Translations under genes and position numbers: made by a program
Shown here: positions 1 through 15,009 of the stretch, one piece after another
Layout: every line of letters starts with the position of its first letter
Numbering within the stretch: position 1 is the first letter of the stretch
The notes under the pieces: model-generated
Seen by the model: only the letters and a program-made list of their open reading frames with translations
Told to the model about the DNA's origin: nothing
Databases searched by the model: none
Assembly (NCBI RefSeq): GCF_006345805.1
Contig: NC_042999.1
Span: 153,946,001-154,010,000, forward strand
Origin: Octopus sinensis
Taxonomy: Eukaryota
Reading direction: 5' to 3'
Length of the DNA: 64,000 bases

Positions 1-319
1 AGTTTCATATCACAACCAACATTAAAACTACAAAAGATATATAAATATATAATTATGTGCAAGAATATCTATTTATGTTTTGTATTATATATTTATGTTT
101 CACAGTTTTAATTTTGGGTGTGAAATGAAACAATTGTAAGTGACGATGTTAATTAATAAATTTATTCGTATCCATTCAATCTCTCTGTTTTCAAACTTAA
201 TACATATGTGTGTGAGTGTATATATATATATATATATAAATCAGTTGTAGGGTTCATTAGAATAAAGGTATTTTGACATTCAGGACACCAGAAAAGGGTC
301 AAATTTGACACATACATTA

Positions 320-542
320 TACTCTTACTCTTTACTCTCTTTTACTCATTTCTGTCATTTGACTGTGGCCATGCTGGAGCACCACTTTTAGTCGATCGAG
401 CAAATCGATCCCAGGACTTATTCTTTGTAAGCCTAGTACTTATTCTATCGGTCTCTTTTGCCGAATCGCTAAGTTATGGGGACGTAGCACACCAGCATCA
501 GTTGTCAAGCAATGTTGGGGGGACAAACACAGACACAAAAAC

Positions 543-575
<33 letters not shown>

Positions 576-758
576 TACACACATATATATATATATATAT
601 ACAATGGGCTTCTTTCAATTTCCGCCTACCAAATCCACTCACAAGGCTTTGGTTGGCCCGAGGCTATAGTAAAAGACATTTGCCCAAGGTGCCACGCAGT
701 AGGACTGAACCTGGAACCATGTGGTTTGTAAGCAAGCTTCTTACCATAGAGCCACTCC
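320..758 (-). mobile_element. SINE family A (tRNA-like head ggagtggctgtgtggtaag…gttcagtccc; tail …tgactgaaacaagtaaaagagt)
   Basis: About 30 full or partial copies in the window by hand count. A/B-box-like head and an internal (TA)/(CA) microsatellite. Confidence 0.9.
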
Positions 759-2616
759 ATATGTAGTGAACCATTAAACACATTTGTGTTCTTTTATGTG
801 TGTGTGTGTATTTCCAAAACAGACACATATAATGCTAAGAATATGTTTCTGAATGTCTAATGCTCAAAGTGTGTATGTGTGTTGGTGGGTGTGTCTATAC
901 TGCTTGAGACAGAATATTGATGAAACTTGCTATTGATGCAGAAAGTCAAGTCCTAGAATACTATGGAGTAGAATAGAGAAGAAACCAGCCTAAACAACAC
1001 AGAGGAACAGAACAAGCTCACAGACATCAAAAAACCCATTCTTAATTGATAAAACGAACATATAATCGCAAAGAAGATAAATGAAGAATTCAGCAGACGT
1101 TCAAGACAACTTTTGGAACACTGCTTCATTTCCTTACAAGACTAAAATAAAATTGAAATTGGAAAAAAAAAAACAAAAAAAAACTACACCTCAACTAGTA
1201 TCAAAATAAATTAATTATAGTGGCGAGAGTTTTACATCAAGTATTCTGAAGATGGCTAAGCTAGCCACTCATTCTAACTCTCTTTAGAAATGATATTATC
1301 TTAATATTCAGTTTACTTAGAAGAATTCCTCATTTTTTTTTTTTTTTGGTTTTTCATTCTCTTTTTCTCCCAGAAAATTTAGATAACGGAAGTCGATTCT
1401 CATTGATAAGTTGTCTACAGTAACAATAACAAACAAGCAAATTTAATACAAAACAATGCCAGGTCGTATAGTACTACATCCAGATATTGAGAGAGAGAGA
1501 GAGAAATAAAGAAAGAAGCTCACAATAGTCTTTGGAAGAAAGTAGTGCTCGGGGAGGGGAGACGGATGGAAGAACAATCAAGTCTTTGATTCTTTGAAAA
1601 TTGCCTCAATGTTCGGCAATTTGCCAGATATTTCAGGCAATTTTAGAAGGAAAAAATGCCAATGGTTACATAATGGCCATGATTATGAAATGTGTGTATA
1701 TGTATATAATCTATATATGTACATATAAATATCATACACAAGTGTGTGTGGTTACATATATATATATATATATATATATAAACTGTATCATCTCTATATA
1801 GTCTGTGTAAAAAAGAGATTACACAATACTAAGATAGGTGGTTGACTGTATTTTGATATTCGAAATAGATAATGATGATGATGAGGATGAAATTAGGGAA
1901 ATTTAACATAATGGTTGCTCACTGCTCAAGTTTCTCGTCTGAATTAACCTTCAGGTGAATTGGTTCGGGCAGGGAACTCAGGGTAGTGCAGCAAAAACAA
2001 ACTGAATTACTCAAAATTTTAGTTCGTTGACCACCCCCACCACCAAAAAAAAGGAAAACAACTTTGATGTCGGCAGGATTTGAACTTAGAACTTAAAACA
2101 CCAGTAGAAAAACCACAAGGCATTTTTTTTATTTCCCGACACTAACGATTCTACTATTCCACTACCCTATATGATGATGATGATGATGATAATGATCATG
2201 TAATTCAACAGTAATAATAAAGACAAATTGATTGATTGATAGTAGATAATTTGATATTTGCTGAAAGCTGCAATGGCATTAATTATAGGTCAATTTAGTT
2301 GGGGTTTTTTATCTCCTTAGGGTAATTGGCCAATAAAGTCAGTGAGAAAGTGGGGGTGGGGGAGGATGGGAAGACTTCTGGTTGCATAACCAACCATTCT
2401 TAAAATTATGATAGAAATTCCTCCAAGAGTTGAACTGATGATCACATTTTAATGACTTACTGTACAATAAGGGTGCAGGTGTGGCTATGTAAGATGCTGC
2501 ATGGATGGCACCAGGGTCAAATGAGGTATTCTATAGTTTGGGGCTGGCCAAAGCCTTGAGGGGATTTGACTGACAGAAACTGAAAAAAACCCATCGTGTG
2601 TGTGTGTGTGTATATA

Positions 2617-2848
2617 AAGCACCATTTGAGCGTGGCCGTTGCCAGTACCGCCTGACTGGCCCTAATGCCAGTGGCACGTAAAAGCACCCACTACACTTCG
2701 GAGTGGTTGGCATTAGGAAGGGTATCCAGCTGTAGAAACCTTGCCAGATCAGATTGGAGCCTAGTGCAGCCATCTGATTCGCCAGACCTCAGTCAAATCA
2801 TCCAACCCATGCTAGCATGGAAAGCGGACGTTAAACGATGATGATGAT
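2617..2848 (+). mobile_element. Repeat family C (…ggaagggcatccagctgtagaaac…cgttaaac(gat)n), a SINE or LINE 3' end
   Basis: About 15 copies (e.g. 10295-10552, 13365-13593, 39320-39510, 41628-41880, 55890-56010), typically ending in (GAT)n. Confidence 0.8.
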
Positions 2849-2904
2849 ATATAAACAGACACACACACACAATGGACAAAACATTCAATCAGACATCTAC
2901 ATAA

Positions 2905-3100
2905 CATGCAGTTAGCTAGAAATAGCAGCCAATTCCCTCACATCGCACTTTATTATTTTGAAGGAGGGAAACAAGATATTGGTTCATGTTAAATACACTG
3001 TATCTGGAATCGAAAAATAAGACAGGACGGACACAGCTGGAATGCCTATGAACAGAATGCTACATGATCAGGACCGATCTAGGCTTAGACCAAGCACCCA
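2905..3100. repeat. Dispersed repeat family E (gctagaaatagcagccaaat…ggggctaaacaa), class unclear
   Basis: Diverged copies at about 7920-8090, 24090-24275, 27640-27870 and 61190-61330. Confidence 0.65.
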
Positions 3101-3149
3101 ATGAAAGCATGAAACAAAGTTCTGCAACAAAGTCATTTGATATGAACCC

Positions 3150-3786
3150 ACTTGAAACCTGTTCTGGTGTGTAAGATAAAAACCCAGCTGTTTTTACAGA
3201 TGTTTATAATGAAACCCAACCCAAACCTTCTTAATTTTACATAAAAACGAGGTCATTTTCTAAACATCAACTTGACCCTTTTGATCTCAACCTGTCGGAG
3301 ACCACTCCTGGTTCTCTGATACAAAAATTCTTGTCTTAAAGTAATCTAAATATAAAAAAAAGCTTCCATCAAAATTTCATGTTATGCTCTAAACGCTACA
3401 CTAATGATGACAGAATCACTTAACTAAATTCTTCGTTATTCTCAAAATTAATTAAAATGAAAGCTGTGTATTTCAACAGGAATACGGTAACAAATGGTTG
3501 AAGTGATCTGAATGAAAGCCTTCCATTAAAATTTCATGCTAATATTCCAAACACCAGCTTAATCCTTTTCATACCAACCTGCCTGAGACCACCTTTCGTT
3601 CTATGAAGCAAGCTTTATGTTTTAAAGTGATCTAATTTAAAAATGGTCATCAAAATTTCATGTTAATTGATGTTCTAAGTATCAGCTTAATTATAACAAA
3701 GTTATTTAACTAAATTCATTATTTTCGAAATTAATTAAAATGAAAAGCTGTGCATTTCAAAAGAAGTATGGTAACAAAAGAGTTAA
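3150..3786. mobile_element. Cluster of older related TTAA/piggyBac-like MITE copies
   Basis: Copies at about 3272-3502 and 3559-3786 (ends aaaagagttaa), plus fragments. Related copies at 33730-34252, 53950-54165 and 60845-60960. Confidence 0.7.
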
Positions 3787-4289
3787 TAATATTTAAGTTT
3801 ATTTTACTAACATCCTTCAAATTCTTCAGAATCTCATTGGAAAAATGGAACAAATTAATTACAACATACATGTGGCCCAGTGTGTTGCACTCGTGAATAT
3901 TAGATTGTGGGCTTGATTCCTGGGCAGGGAAATGTGTTCTTGAACAAAACACTTCATTTCGCGTTTCTCTGGTGCTGTATGGGAACCAGTATGATAAAGA
4001 ATAAACCCAACATTTCCCATGCATGTCATAAAAAAGCAACTGAAAGAGGTTGAGTCAGGATTTGCACTTCAGCCTCATAAAACTCTCACCAGCAATGACT
4101 ACCCAAACAAACCAATGGGGTGGGAGGGTTGTCACCCGAGTGGTGCAAAGGGGTCATCCATCAGGAGTAGCAGGGAGTCACCAACAAATGGTGAATGTAG
4201 CGACATGCTGTTAACAGCACATGCCTCTCTACTAACACTGCTGCTGCTACTACTACTACCATTACTAATGGAACACTGCATTGGTTACG

Positions 4290-4577
4290 ACGACAAGGGT
4301 CCCAGCTGATATGACCAATGACCAATGGAACAGCTTGCTCGTGAAATTAACGTGCAAGTAGCTGAGCCTTCCACAGACACGTGTACCCCTGAAGTAGTTC
4401 TCAGGGAGATTAAGCGTGACACAGTGTGACAAGGCTGAACCCTTGAAATACAGGTACAACTCATTTATACCAGCTGAGTGGACTAGAGCAACGTGAAAAA
4501 GTGTCTTGCTCAAGGAGACAACGCATCGCCAGGAATTGAACTCATGACCTTACAATTGCGAGTCGAATGCCCTAACT
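4290..4577 (-). mobile_element. SINE family D (tRNA-like head gtgaaggtgcatggcttag…gagttcaattcc, ccttgagcaagacactt)
   Basis: Second copy at 42215-42525 and a fragment at 13150-13230. Confidence 0.8.
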
Positions 4578-6039
4578 GCTAAGCCATGCACCTTCACATT
4601 ACTACTACTACTACAAAATACTAACGCTGTTTGTTTTTTGGACAGTAAATGATGCTGCTGCTCTATACATACTACACTAATTATTGCTGATGTCTTTTGC
4701 TGTTCTCTTTTATATGTCCACACCAGAAATTTCATTTCCATTCTAATCATCATGCTGGTATGGTTGGATGGTTTGACAGGAGCTGGCAAGCCAGAGAGCT
4801 GCACCAGGCTCCACGATCTGTTCCGGCATGGCTTCTACAGCTGAGATGCCCTTCCTAAAGCCAACCACTTTACAGAGTATACTGGGTGCTTTTTATGTGG
4901 CACCATCACCAACAGAGTCACCAAGTACCTTGCAAGACAAAGACCCCTCCCCCCTTAGCTGGGAGGAGGAAGCAGCAGGGAGGGTGAGGGAGGTGGAGAC
5001 AGATTATACAGAGACATAGAGGAGATGTACTTGATTAGACTTAAATCAATTAAGCATCAATTACATGCTTAAATGACTTATTGTTGAAGTCAAATACTGG
5101 GTGTGGCAGAACCACGCCCCATATTTTATGCAGACATTCGTGTGATTAAACAGATGGTAGTAGTGTCTACATGAAGGTAATGCCTCACCATTTTGTTTAT
5201 TTTTATAGTTAGTTTCATAGTTTGGATACTGCAGATCATGCATTTACTGTTAATGCATTCATCAGAAACAGTGACAAAGAGGGTTTTTCTTTTGTTTTTG
5301 GTTTTCTTTGGCAACATCCTGTATTTCTCTCATTTGAAATTGGGAGAAAACGTGTTTCGAATCTCAATTGTTTGGGCATGTTACCACAATAGTCCACTGT
5401 TAGAAATGCTAATAAAACACTTTTTTTTTTTTAAATAAATAATTTCTATACAACTGGTCTGTTTAAACAACTGACAAGAAACATTCAACAAAGAAACTTT
5501 ATAATACAATGCTAACCCTAACCATTTTATGAGAAATTCCAAACTTACTATGATAAAAGGTGAACTGAAATATTTTTCTATATATACTTGTTTCAATCAG
5601 TGGGTTGTTGTCATGCTGGGGCACCACCTTGAAGGGTTATAGTTGAACAAACCAGCCCCAGTACATGTTTTTAAATCTAGCATTAACTCTATATATCTCT
5701 TTTGCTGAGCTGCTAAGTAACAGGAGATGATACAGGAAAATCTCCAATCAAGGACCCTCATAAATTCAGGATTACTATGACCATTAAAGCATGAGCCCTC
5801 ACCCCACTGTTGCTCTCCAATCTATAGGTGTATGCTTAAAGTCATTCACCTTAACCATTTTTGCTACAGTCACCCACGTTTTAACAAGTTCACTCGGTGG
5901 TAACACTTTCCTTTCCAACCTCACTTTCATTTCAAATGGAACTTGTAGAAGTTGGTGAGGGCTTGAACGAAGAGGAAGGAGTCTATCTACAATCTTTTCA
6001 ACCATGTCCACTACATAACCCCTTTTATTATAGCCAGCA

Positions 6040-6261
6040 GAATAATAATAATCCTTTCTACTATAGGCATAGGGCCTGAAATTTGGGGGAAGGGGATAGT
6101 CAGTTGCATTGATGCCAGTGCAAATCTGGTGCTTATTTTAATGACCCCAAAAGGATGAAAGTCAAAGTTGACCTTGGCAGAATTTGAACTCAGAACATGG
6201 AGACAGAAGAAATGCTACTAAGCATTTTGTCCAGTGTGCCAACGATTGTTAGCTTGCCACC

Positions 6262-6262
<1 letters not shown>
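6040..6262 (-). mobile_element. SINE family B, (ATT)n-tailed variant
   Basis: Family-B head and core with the alternative tail aggccttgtgcctatagtagaaagg(att)n; (TAA)n on both sides. Confidence 0.85.
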
Positions 6263-6297
<35 letters not shown>

Positions 6298-6497
6298 TTA
6301 ATAATGATGATCATCATCATCATCCACAAGATCAAAGCAAACTGCAAGCCATGGCAGTTAGTCATTCTCTTCTCAAACAAATTTTGTGTCTGTACAAAGG
6401 AATAATATAACCTTGGGCCCTTGTCTGAAGTGAGCTTAGAGGTTTACTAACAGAGATGAAGGGTTTAAAAGATTATGCAAGATTGAAAGAGGAGGAG

Positions 6498-6534
<37 letters not shown>

Positions 6535-8149
6535 AAAAAATGAGAGAGAGAGAAGGAAAGAAAGAGAGAGGGGGGTAAGATAGGAAGTGTTAAGTATAGA
6601 TGAGACGTCATCTAGATGATAGATGTTTTGATAGAGCAACACACATCATTTGTTTTAGTTTTTATCCATTTCAATATATACACAACACACACAGACGTAT
6701 GTGCATCTCAGCTGGAGAGAATCCTAGATAAACAAACATGAAAAAAAAAAAAAGCAACATTGTTACAACAGGTAGTTCAGTCAACCGAATTACTAAGCAC
6801 ACCTGGTAGAGTACAACTATATTTATATCTGTGAAGGAATAAAGTAGGTGTCACTAGTTGGTTAGTAACATGTTTATAGAAGTATACTATAAAAAAGTAG
6901 AAACATTGCTTTAATCATTTCTTCTATTACATTTTATATATATATATATATATATGGGTACAGGACATCACCAACTGTGTAAACAAGAAATACTTAGACA
7001 AATACGTAAACGAGACAAAAGAATGGAAAACAGGACAAGTAAACACAGAAAAAGGACCCTTCATCAGTTGTTGGCTGTCTATGTCCTCCTCATTTCAAGC
7101 ATTCAAAGACAATATGAATCATCAAAGGGAATTGCTCCAATAAATTCTAAAATAGAATTTAGGATTCATGTAGGCTCAAAGTTGGGAACAAAAACAGGAC
7201 AGTGGAGACATACTAGGAAACTGAATGAAAACAAACATGGAGGGTTGTTAGACCAGAATGAGAGGAAAATGGCGAATGCTGGGAGAAATATTTTCTTTGG
7301 AAAGAGAAAAGATAGAAAGATGGATGATGGTCATGTGTGAGCAATGGGAAAGAGACAGAAAAAAAGAGAGGGAGAGAGAGACAGACAGATAGAAAACAGT
7401 GAAAGATGAAGGGGAGAAAAAGGAATTAGAGAAGGATGGAGGAAGAAAACAGTAAAGAGTGGAGTCGCATCAAAAAGGTGAAGATAAATTTACTTGGAAA
7501 TGGGTTACATTTTATCTGTTACTTGTTTCAGTCATTAGACTGCAGCCATGCTTGGGCCCCACTTTGAAGAACTTTAGTCAAACAAATCGACCCCAGTACT
7601 CATATTCCTAAGCCTGGTACTTATTGAATTGGTCTCTTTCATTAAACTAAGTTACAGGGACATAAACACACCAACACCAGCTGTAACATACAGTATAGTA
7701 CTGCTTCTACTTTGCGGATTTTCACCTATTGCAGGGGGGGGGGGTATTGAAGGAATACAGTATCATTCCATTTATTATAACATTGTATTTTCTCACCTGT
7801 CAAACGTAACTACTTTCTGCTAGGTTTATTCCAATCATTATCGCCCCTTCCCCCATAAACAGTACACATGAATTCTGCCCCCTCCCTATGCTTCACCCAT
7901 TTATTTGATGCCTAAACATTAAAATGCTAAAAATAGCAACCAAAGTCCCCTCAACTTACACACCCATCTTCAATAAGATACATTAGATAACATAGTAATA
8001 TAATCCAAGATACCCTTACCAAGGCAGGGGAGTCATGACTGGAAGGTCTTTCACCATAGGTCTCCTAGATAAGAACTGATCTCAAGCATTTTTTGATTAT
8101 TATCTAGACTAGCAAAATCAGAGAGAGAGATGAAAAAATTGGCTTTTTT

Positions 8150-8530
8150 ATCATTTTCTTGTTTCAGTGATAGGACTGTGGCCATGCTGGGGCACTGCCT
8201 TGTAGGGTTTACTCAAACAATCGACCCCAGGACTTACTTTTTGAAGTCTGCTACTTATTCCACTTGTCTTTTTACCAAATCAATAAGTTAAGGGGATGTA
8301 AACAAACCAGCACCAGTTGATGGAACTGGCTTCTTCACAGCACCACCAACTGGTGACAAACAAACATGAAGACACACATGTGCATAGGACAGGCTTCCAT
8401 ACAGTTTCTATCAACCATATTACTCCCAAAAGCATTGACTGATCCAAGACAAAAGCAGAAGGCATGCACCCAAAGTGAGACTGAACCCAAAACCACGTGG
8501 TTGTTGAGCAAGTTTCCTAATCACACAACC
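8150..8530 (-). mobile_element. SINE family A, diverged copy
   Basis: Alignable by eye to the 320-758 copy. Confidence 0.8.
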
Positions 8531-9029
8531 ATGCTGTGATATTTGTTTTGGCTCATCTCAGCTTCTGAGTTCAAATCCTGCCAAGGTCAGCTAAGCCTTT
8601 CATTGATTGCTCTGATGTTGATAAAATAAACAACAATGCAAGAACTGGGGTTTAATGGTACTGACTTAGCCCCTCCTCTCAAAGTTGCTGGCCTTGCACT
8701 CCAGTCAGAAATGATTATTATTCTTGACCTAGAAACAGTCAAGTGTCACTAAAATCACACAGGGGTCAGCTTGTTTAGTGAAATCGTTCCAGGTGTTGTC
8801 ACACCACAACCACAGTCCAATGATTGAAATGGAGCTGTGTATGTGTCTGAGTGTATAAAGCAAAGCTTATAGACAAAGAAAGGAAAGAATATAGAATTAA
8901 ATTATTTAAAATCACTACAATTGTTTCAATGCATTCTCACACCTGTAGTACATAAGATGTTGTACAATCATTACCTTACATCTAAAGTGTGGAATGTGTC
9001 AAAACAAGTGTAGGGATTTTAAATGAGCT

Positions 9030-9565
9030 TTTATTCTTTCATTTGTTTCAGTCATTTAAACAAATCAATTCTTGGACATTCTTTGTAAGCTTCATAGTTA
9101 TTCTATCAGTCTCTTTTGCCAAACCACTAAGTTACTGGGACACAAACACACCAGCATCAGTTGTCAAGCAATGTTGGAGGGACAAACACACACATACACA
9201 TATATAGATATATATACAACAGGCTTCTTTCAGTTTCCGTCTACCAAATCCACTCTCAAGGCTTTGGTTGACCCGAGGCTATAGCAAAAAAGTACTTGCC
9301 CAAGGTGCCATGCAGTGGGACTGAACCCGGAGCCATGGGTTTGGTAAGCAAGCTACTTACCACACAGCCGCTCCTGCGTTTATATATATATATACATACA
9401 CACGATAGGCTTCTTTCAGTTTCTGTCTATCAAATCCACTCACAAGGCTTTGGTCAGCCCAAGGCAAAAGTAGACGACACTTGCTCAAAGTGCCACACAG
9501 CAGGACTGAACCTGGAACCATGTGGTTGAGAAGCGAGCTTCTTACCACACAGCTACGCCTGCACC
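9030..9565 (-). mobile_element. SINE family A, one full copy plus an extra head fragment
   Basis: Copy at 9030-9378 and a second head at 9400-9565. Confidence 0.85.
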
Positions 9566-11082
9566 TACAAGGTTTTTACACGATTCTCAACTATACCAAA
9601 AAAAATAAAATAAAAAAATTTAAAAATTAAAAGGAAGAGACAGTCCTTGTATGTAGCATAACTGAATAAACTATCTCAGTGGTTGAATGCATGTGTGTGT
9701 GTGTGTGTGTGTGTATATAAGTACCTGAAAGTGGCCTTGAACCCCATATGATGGTCACTGATAACGCATTGGTACTTCACAGTCACTAGTGTTAGTGGTG
9801 GTGGGAGTGGTGGGGATGGTGGAAACACTGAACTGTTAAATGGTTATTTATGACAATTTGAACTATGACTAACTTCACACACACACACACACAGCATATA
9901 TGTGAGTAGGAGTGTGTGTGTGTGTGTGTTTATGGAGCATCTAAGAGTGTGTGTGTGAATGTTTATGAATGGGTGCACAAGTGTTGATGCTTAACTCCAG
10001 GTCATCTCTAGATCAATCTGAACTATGATCAGAATGTTCCAGCCATGCCCATCCTATCTTTATGTTTGTATTTTTCAAAAATATTTTCAGATATGTTCTT
10101 CCTTTTGATAAAATTGGTATGGTGAGTTAAAAGTGTGTGCATGAGAGAGTGAGAGAGAGAAGAAACAAAAGAAATAGTGTGAGTACAAGAGAGAGGGAGG
10201 GAGAGAGAGAGAGAGAGAGAGAGAGTGTGTGTGTGTGTGTGTTTAACCCTTTAGCATTTGGGTTTCTCTGTCAAATGTAATGCTTATCTATTCAGCCCTA
10301 GTGCCGATGGCATGTAAAAAGCACTATCCATATGCAATCAATGCCAGGCCCGCCTGACTGGCTCCTGTGCTGGTGGCACATAAAAAGCACCCACTACACT
10401 CTCGGAATGGTCGATGTTAGGAAGGGCATCCAACTGTAGGAACATTGCCAGATCAGACTGGAGCCTGGTGCAGCTGCTGGCTCTCCAAACCTCAGTCAAA
10501 CCGTCCAATCCATGCCAGCATGGAAAACGGATGTTAAATGATGATGATGATGATTGCTGTGAATTGATCCTGCATTATCTTGACTGCTCAGTTCCAAGAC
10601 TCTTTTGACCAGAAATGGCCTGAACTCTTTGCATGATCACCCTCCCTGTACATAACTCCATGTCCCCCTACATGGCCTTGCTTTTGCTTTTTGAGCCAAA
10701 AAATTAACGTAACTTATCTTCTAGCTATGAGATTTCAGAAATGTCACGTTTAGTTGAAGAAGATGATTTATTCCATTTTGGAGAAATAAAAGTAAAACTG
10801 AATATTGGCAACATTTGAACCTGGAACAGCTAGGTATGGAACTAGATACATATTAGTCTGCACTGCTACATTCTTGGCCATTCCGCGTCTCACTCTCTCC
10901 CCCTCTGCAACATCAGCAACAGCGAGTATAATGCAAGTAGTAAGTTTGGCACCACCGCATCGAGGAATTCCCTACCCGCCCCCACCATGGCCACCTTCAT
11001 ACTCCCAACACATCACCTCCATCATCGACCCATGCCACCACCAACACCAAATACCCAAGCAGTATTTATGATAACATTCTTA

Positions 11083-11122
<40 letters not shown>

Positions 11123-11723
11123 TACACCATTAGTCTTTTACACAGCTGTTTAAAGAGAAGAAAAACTGTTTATATTCTACATACAACAAAACAAAACATA
11201 TGCCACCACCACCACCATGTCTAACTAATTTTAGACACATTAATAACACAACAGCTTTTCATGGGCCTTGAATATGTGTGTGTGTGTCTGTGTGTATTTT
11301 CCATAATCCTTAATACACTGTGATCCTATATATTCATGTTACTGGCCCACAACAGTGGATGCCGTAAGTAATTGAGGAAGAGATATCGACCTTCAATAAT
11401 TATAGTCTTTTGCACAGCTATTTTAAGACAAGGAAAGCTGTATTCCGCATACAGAAAACAAAACTCAAAACTTCTGCTACAATCATTATGTATAATTATT
11501 TCTACATACAGATTATTAACACAACAGTTTGCTACAGGTTGTACACACACACACATATATTTATAAGTGTGTGTGTGTGTGTATGTATAATTGTTTTGAC
11601 TAATTAGAGCGTTTATTCATTATATTTCTCAATTTATTTTACCTTTTGTCTCAGTGTTACCTGAGCACTTTCATCTGCAGTCCTATTTTTATTCTTCAAT
11701 TTAATGAAATTACATGATTATCA

Positions 11724-11768
<45 letters not shown>

Positions 11769-11770
<2 letters not shown>

Positions 11771-12136
11771 TCTTACTTGTTTCAGTCATTTGACTGTGGC
11801 CATGCTGGAGCACCGCCTTTAATCGAGCAACTCGACCCTGGGACTTATTCTTTTGTAAGCCCAGTACTTATTCTATCGGTCTCTTTTGCCGAACTGCTAA
11901 GTAACAGGGACATAAACACACCAGCATCGGTTGTCAAGCAATGCTAGGGGACAAACAAAGACACACAAACACATACACATATATATATACGACAGGCTTC
12001 TTTCAGTTTCCGTCTACCAAATCTACTCACAAGGCTTTGGTCGGCCCGAGGCTATAGTAGAAGACACTTGCCCATGCAGTGGGACTTAACCTGGAACCAT
12101 GTGGTTGGTAAACAAGCTACTTACCACACAGCCACT

Positions 12137-12138
<2 letters not shown>
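11769..12138 (-). mobile_element. SINE family A, young copy inserted in (TA)n
   Basis: Near-consensus, with (TA)n on both sides. Confidence 0.9.
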
Positions 12139-12214
<76 letters not shown>

Positions 12215-15009
12215 CAATAAGAAAATGGAGGATCAATAGGTGGTTCATCAACTTTTAGACATTATATTGTCAACTTATTTATTTACTAAACTGACAATTA
12301 CAAGAATATACAAACATGTATAACATGCTTTGCATATAAAATATAAAACTATATATTAATATATAAAGATACTAGTAATTATTACAATATAACATACATG
12401 TATGTTATTGGATAGCTATTATCCCTTAGTTGGTTGGATTCACAACCTCTAACTTTCTTGGAATATATATATAAGTATATTTATGCATACATGTCTGTGT
12501 GTGTATATAAACAATTTAACATTAACCTGAAGGACTTTTAATACATGATTATATTTGTTAAACTTTGAAGTCACTATCAACCTTTCCACCATTCCGTGAA
12601 CCTGCATATTTTGTTAGCTACCCTTAACAATAAATGCCTTGGTATTCAGATTTAAAAAAAAACAAACTAAAAAGGATTAATATTCAGGAATTAATCCAAT
12701 AATCTTGCTAATCTCAATTTTGTACTTCATCCTTCCAGTTCAATAAAGAAATGTTCCAACCGGTCGATATAATCAACTGTTTCCAAACCCCAATATTTGT
12801 GGCATTGATCCCAAGTTAAAAATCAATAATTAATACAACAGATCAAAGCAGATTGATAGAAATAGGAATTGATTTTTTGCGATATCTAATCAGCTGGCAA
12901 CCAACTGCGCTCCATTGATGAAACATGGGTTTTAGACAACAAATTCTGGGGGTCAGGAACAACAAGACATATTGGACCCAGTACAGCACTGGTACAGTGT
13001 TTTATTGACTGCAGAAGGATGGTGAAGTCCACCTTAGAGGCAATGTCCATGAACATTACTGTCTCGGTTTTCATGGTGTATAAGTGACTAAGATCATGAA
13101 ATTTCCTCCAAACGAGATGCCAGTCTGTCAATATTTTTCATTTACATCTGAATGAACTGGAGCAAAATGAAATGAAGTGTTTTGCTCAAGAACACAATTT
13201 ACCACCCAGTCCAGAAATTGAGACCATGAGTGTTGGGCCTCACAGTTGCAAAGTGGCTGAGTTCCCTTCAAGAGTTGGGCCTCATAGAAGCAATGACTGA
13301 AACTTTTGGCATTATGTTGTACTCAAGAAGAAGACATCAAGCCAAGCAAAATCACAGTTGTAGCAGATACCGGTGTCATGCAAATTGGCACCCATGCCAG
13401 TGACATGTAAAAGCATCCCGGCATCATGCAAATAGCATGTAAAACCGAGTGGTTGGCACTAAGAAAGGCATCCAGCTGTAGAAAACCATACCAAGTCAGA
13501 CTGGAGTCTGGTGCAGCTTTCCAGCTTGCTAGCCCTGGACAAATCACCCAACCATGCTAGCATGGACAACGGATGTTAAATGCTGATGATGATGAATTTT
13601 GCAATCAGAATGCAACACCCTAAACCTGCAAGAAAGAAGAGCAAGATAATATCAATCAAGGAAACAATATTTTTGGCAGAAAGTGCATGCATGCATACAC
13701 ATGAATGAATCCACATTCTGTGTGTGTGTCTTCATCATCGTAATCTTTTATTTTATTTTCCTTTTTTCATCTCTTTTTGTCAATGATGGAATGGGTCAGG
13801 GGATTTTTGGTGCAATATTCTTATGGCCAGATGCCCACCCCAGTGCAAAAGACTATATACCCAGCATGGCTATGGTGTAATGACTGAAACAAGAGACATG
13901 ACTGGGGTATATAGGTGTGTCTATAATGAAATGCATATCAGTCAGTAACTGTACTGTACTGATTCTGTCAACTGCAGAGGGGCAACAATGCACACCCACC
14001 ACCAAGACTACTACTACTACTAGTACTACTACTACTAGTAGTAGTAGTACTACTACATGCAATTTGGCACGTCATAAAAGGCGAGAGTTAATATGATTTG
14101 AACTATGGACTGACTGGGTAATATTGGACAGGAACCAAGGTTGCCAGGATATTGGAAAGCAAATTAAACAAATAAAAAACACAAGGAGGACGGCTAGTTT
14201 GGCTCAGAGCAGGAAATGGTGGTGGTGGAGGAGACAATGCATGTGAGATTTTGTGTGGGCATGTGTAGTTAAATAGGAGAGGAAATTAGAATGGAATCAG
14301 AGAGGTAGATACAACAACAACAAAACAGTAACAACTGCAGCTTATCAATAACATTTTTGGGATGTAAATGACCTTTGGATGTCGGAGGTCATTCCTCTGA
14401 GAAGATATCGTTGTTTTTTTGGTTTTTCTTTTTTATTTTTGTAGTTTGTTTTTTTTTCCCTAGAGAGTCAGGGACATGTGCATGAGAAATAAACCTCTGT
14501 CCTACACGATAACAACAGCTGCAACTACCATCATACTACTACTACTACTACTACAACTCCCAACATCCCACCACCAACTGCAACCATCACAATTGCTTTC
14601 ACCGCAACTACAGCCAACACCACCATCAATCCCATCCCTCCCCCATCTCCACTAACCAGTACTAACTACTATCACATTCACATTAACCCTATTACCACCA
14701 CTGCCACCATATTATCATAAACCACTACAACCACCACCACAACCAAATTGCTATCATCACCACAACCCCCACCCATGACCACCACTGTAAAACTACAAAA
14801 TTAAGAGAAATACTAACACTAACTAATGTAATTTCTTTTTGCCAGAGGGACAGCCAAGTAAGAACATTACAAAAACTGAACCACAGAATAGTAGAGAGAG
14901 AGTGGGAAGAGATTTTACACTGAATCCCTCCAGAGCACATTTATAAGAATTACCTCTTAGCAAGGCAGTGCTCCAGCATGATCACAACCAGTGAAAATAG
15001 CCAATAATA

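Noticed and set aside
6954-7340. 128-aa plus-strand ORF
   Set aside because: Its ATG arises from the end of a (TA)n run, it is purine-skewed and has no recognisable domain; possibly a decayed TE, but unsupported.
10805-11071. Pro/His-rich 88-aa ORF
   Set aside because: Non-ATG start, low-complexity CCA/CAT content and no clear exon boundaries.
12720-13140. Protein-like fragments in several frames (ORF 12886-13131; WDQCHKYWGLETVDYIDRLEHFFIELEG)
   Set aside because: Frames are interrupted, with no convincing splice sites or recognisable domain.
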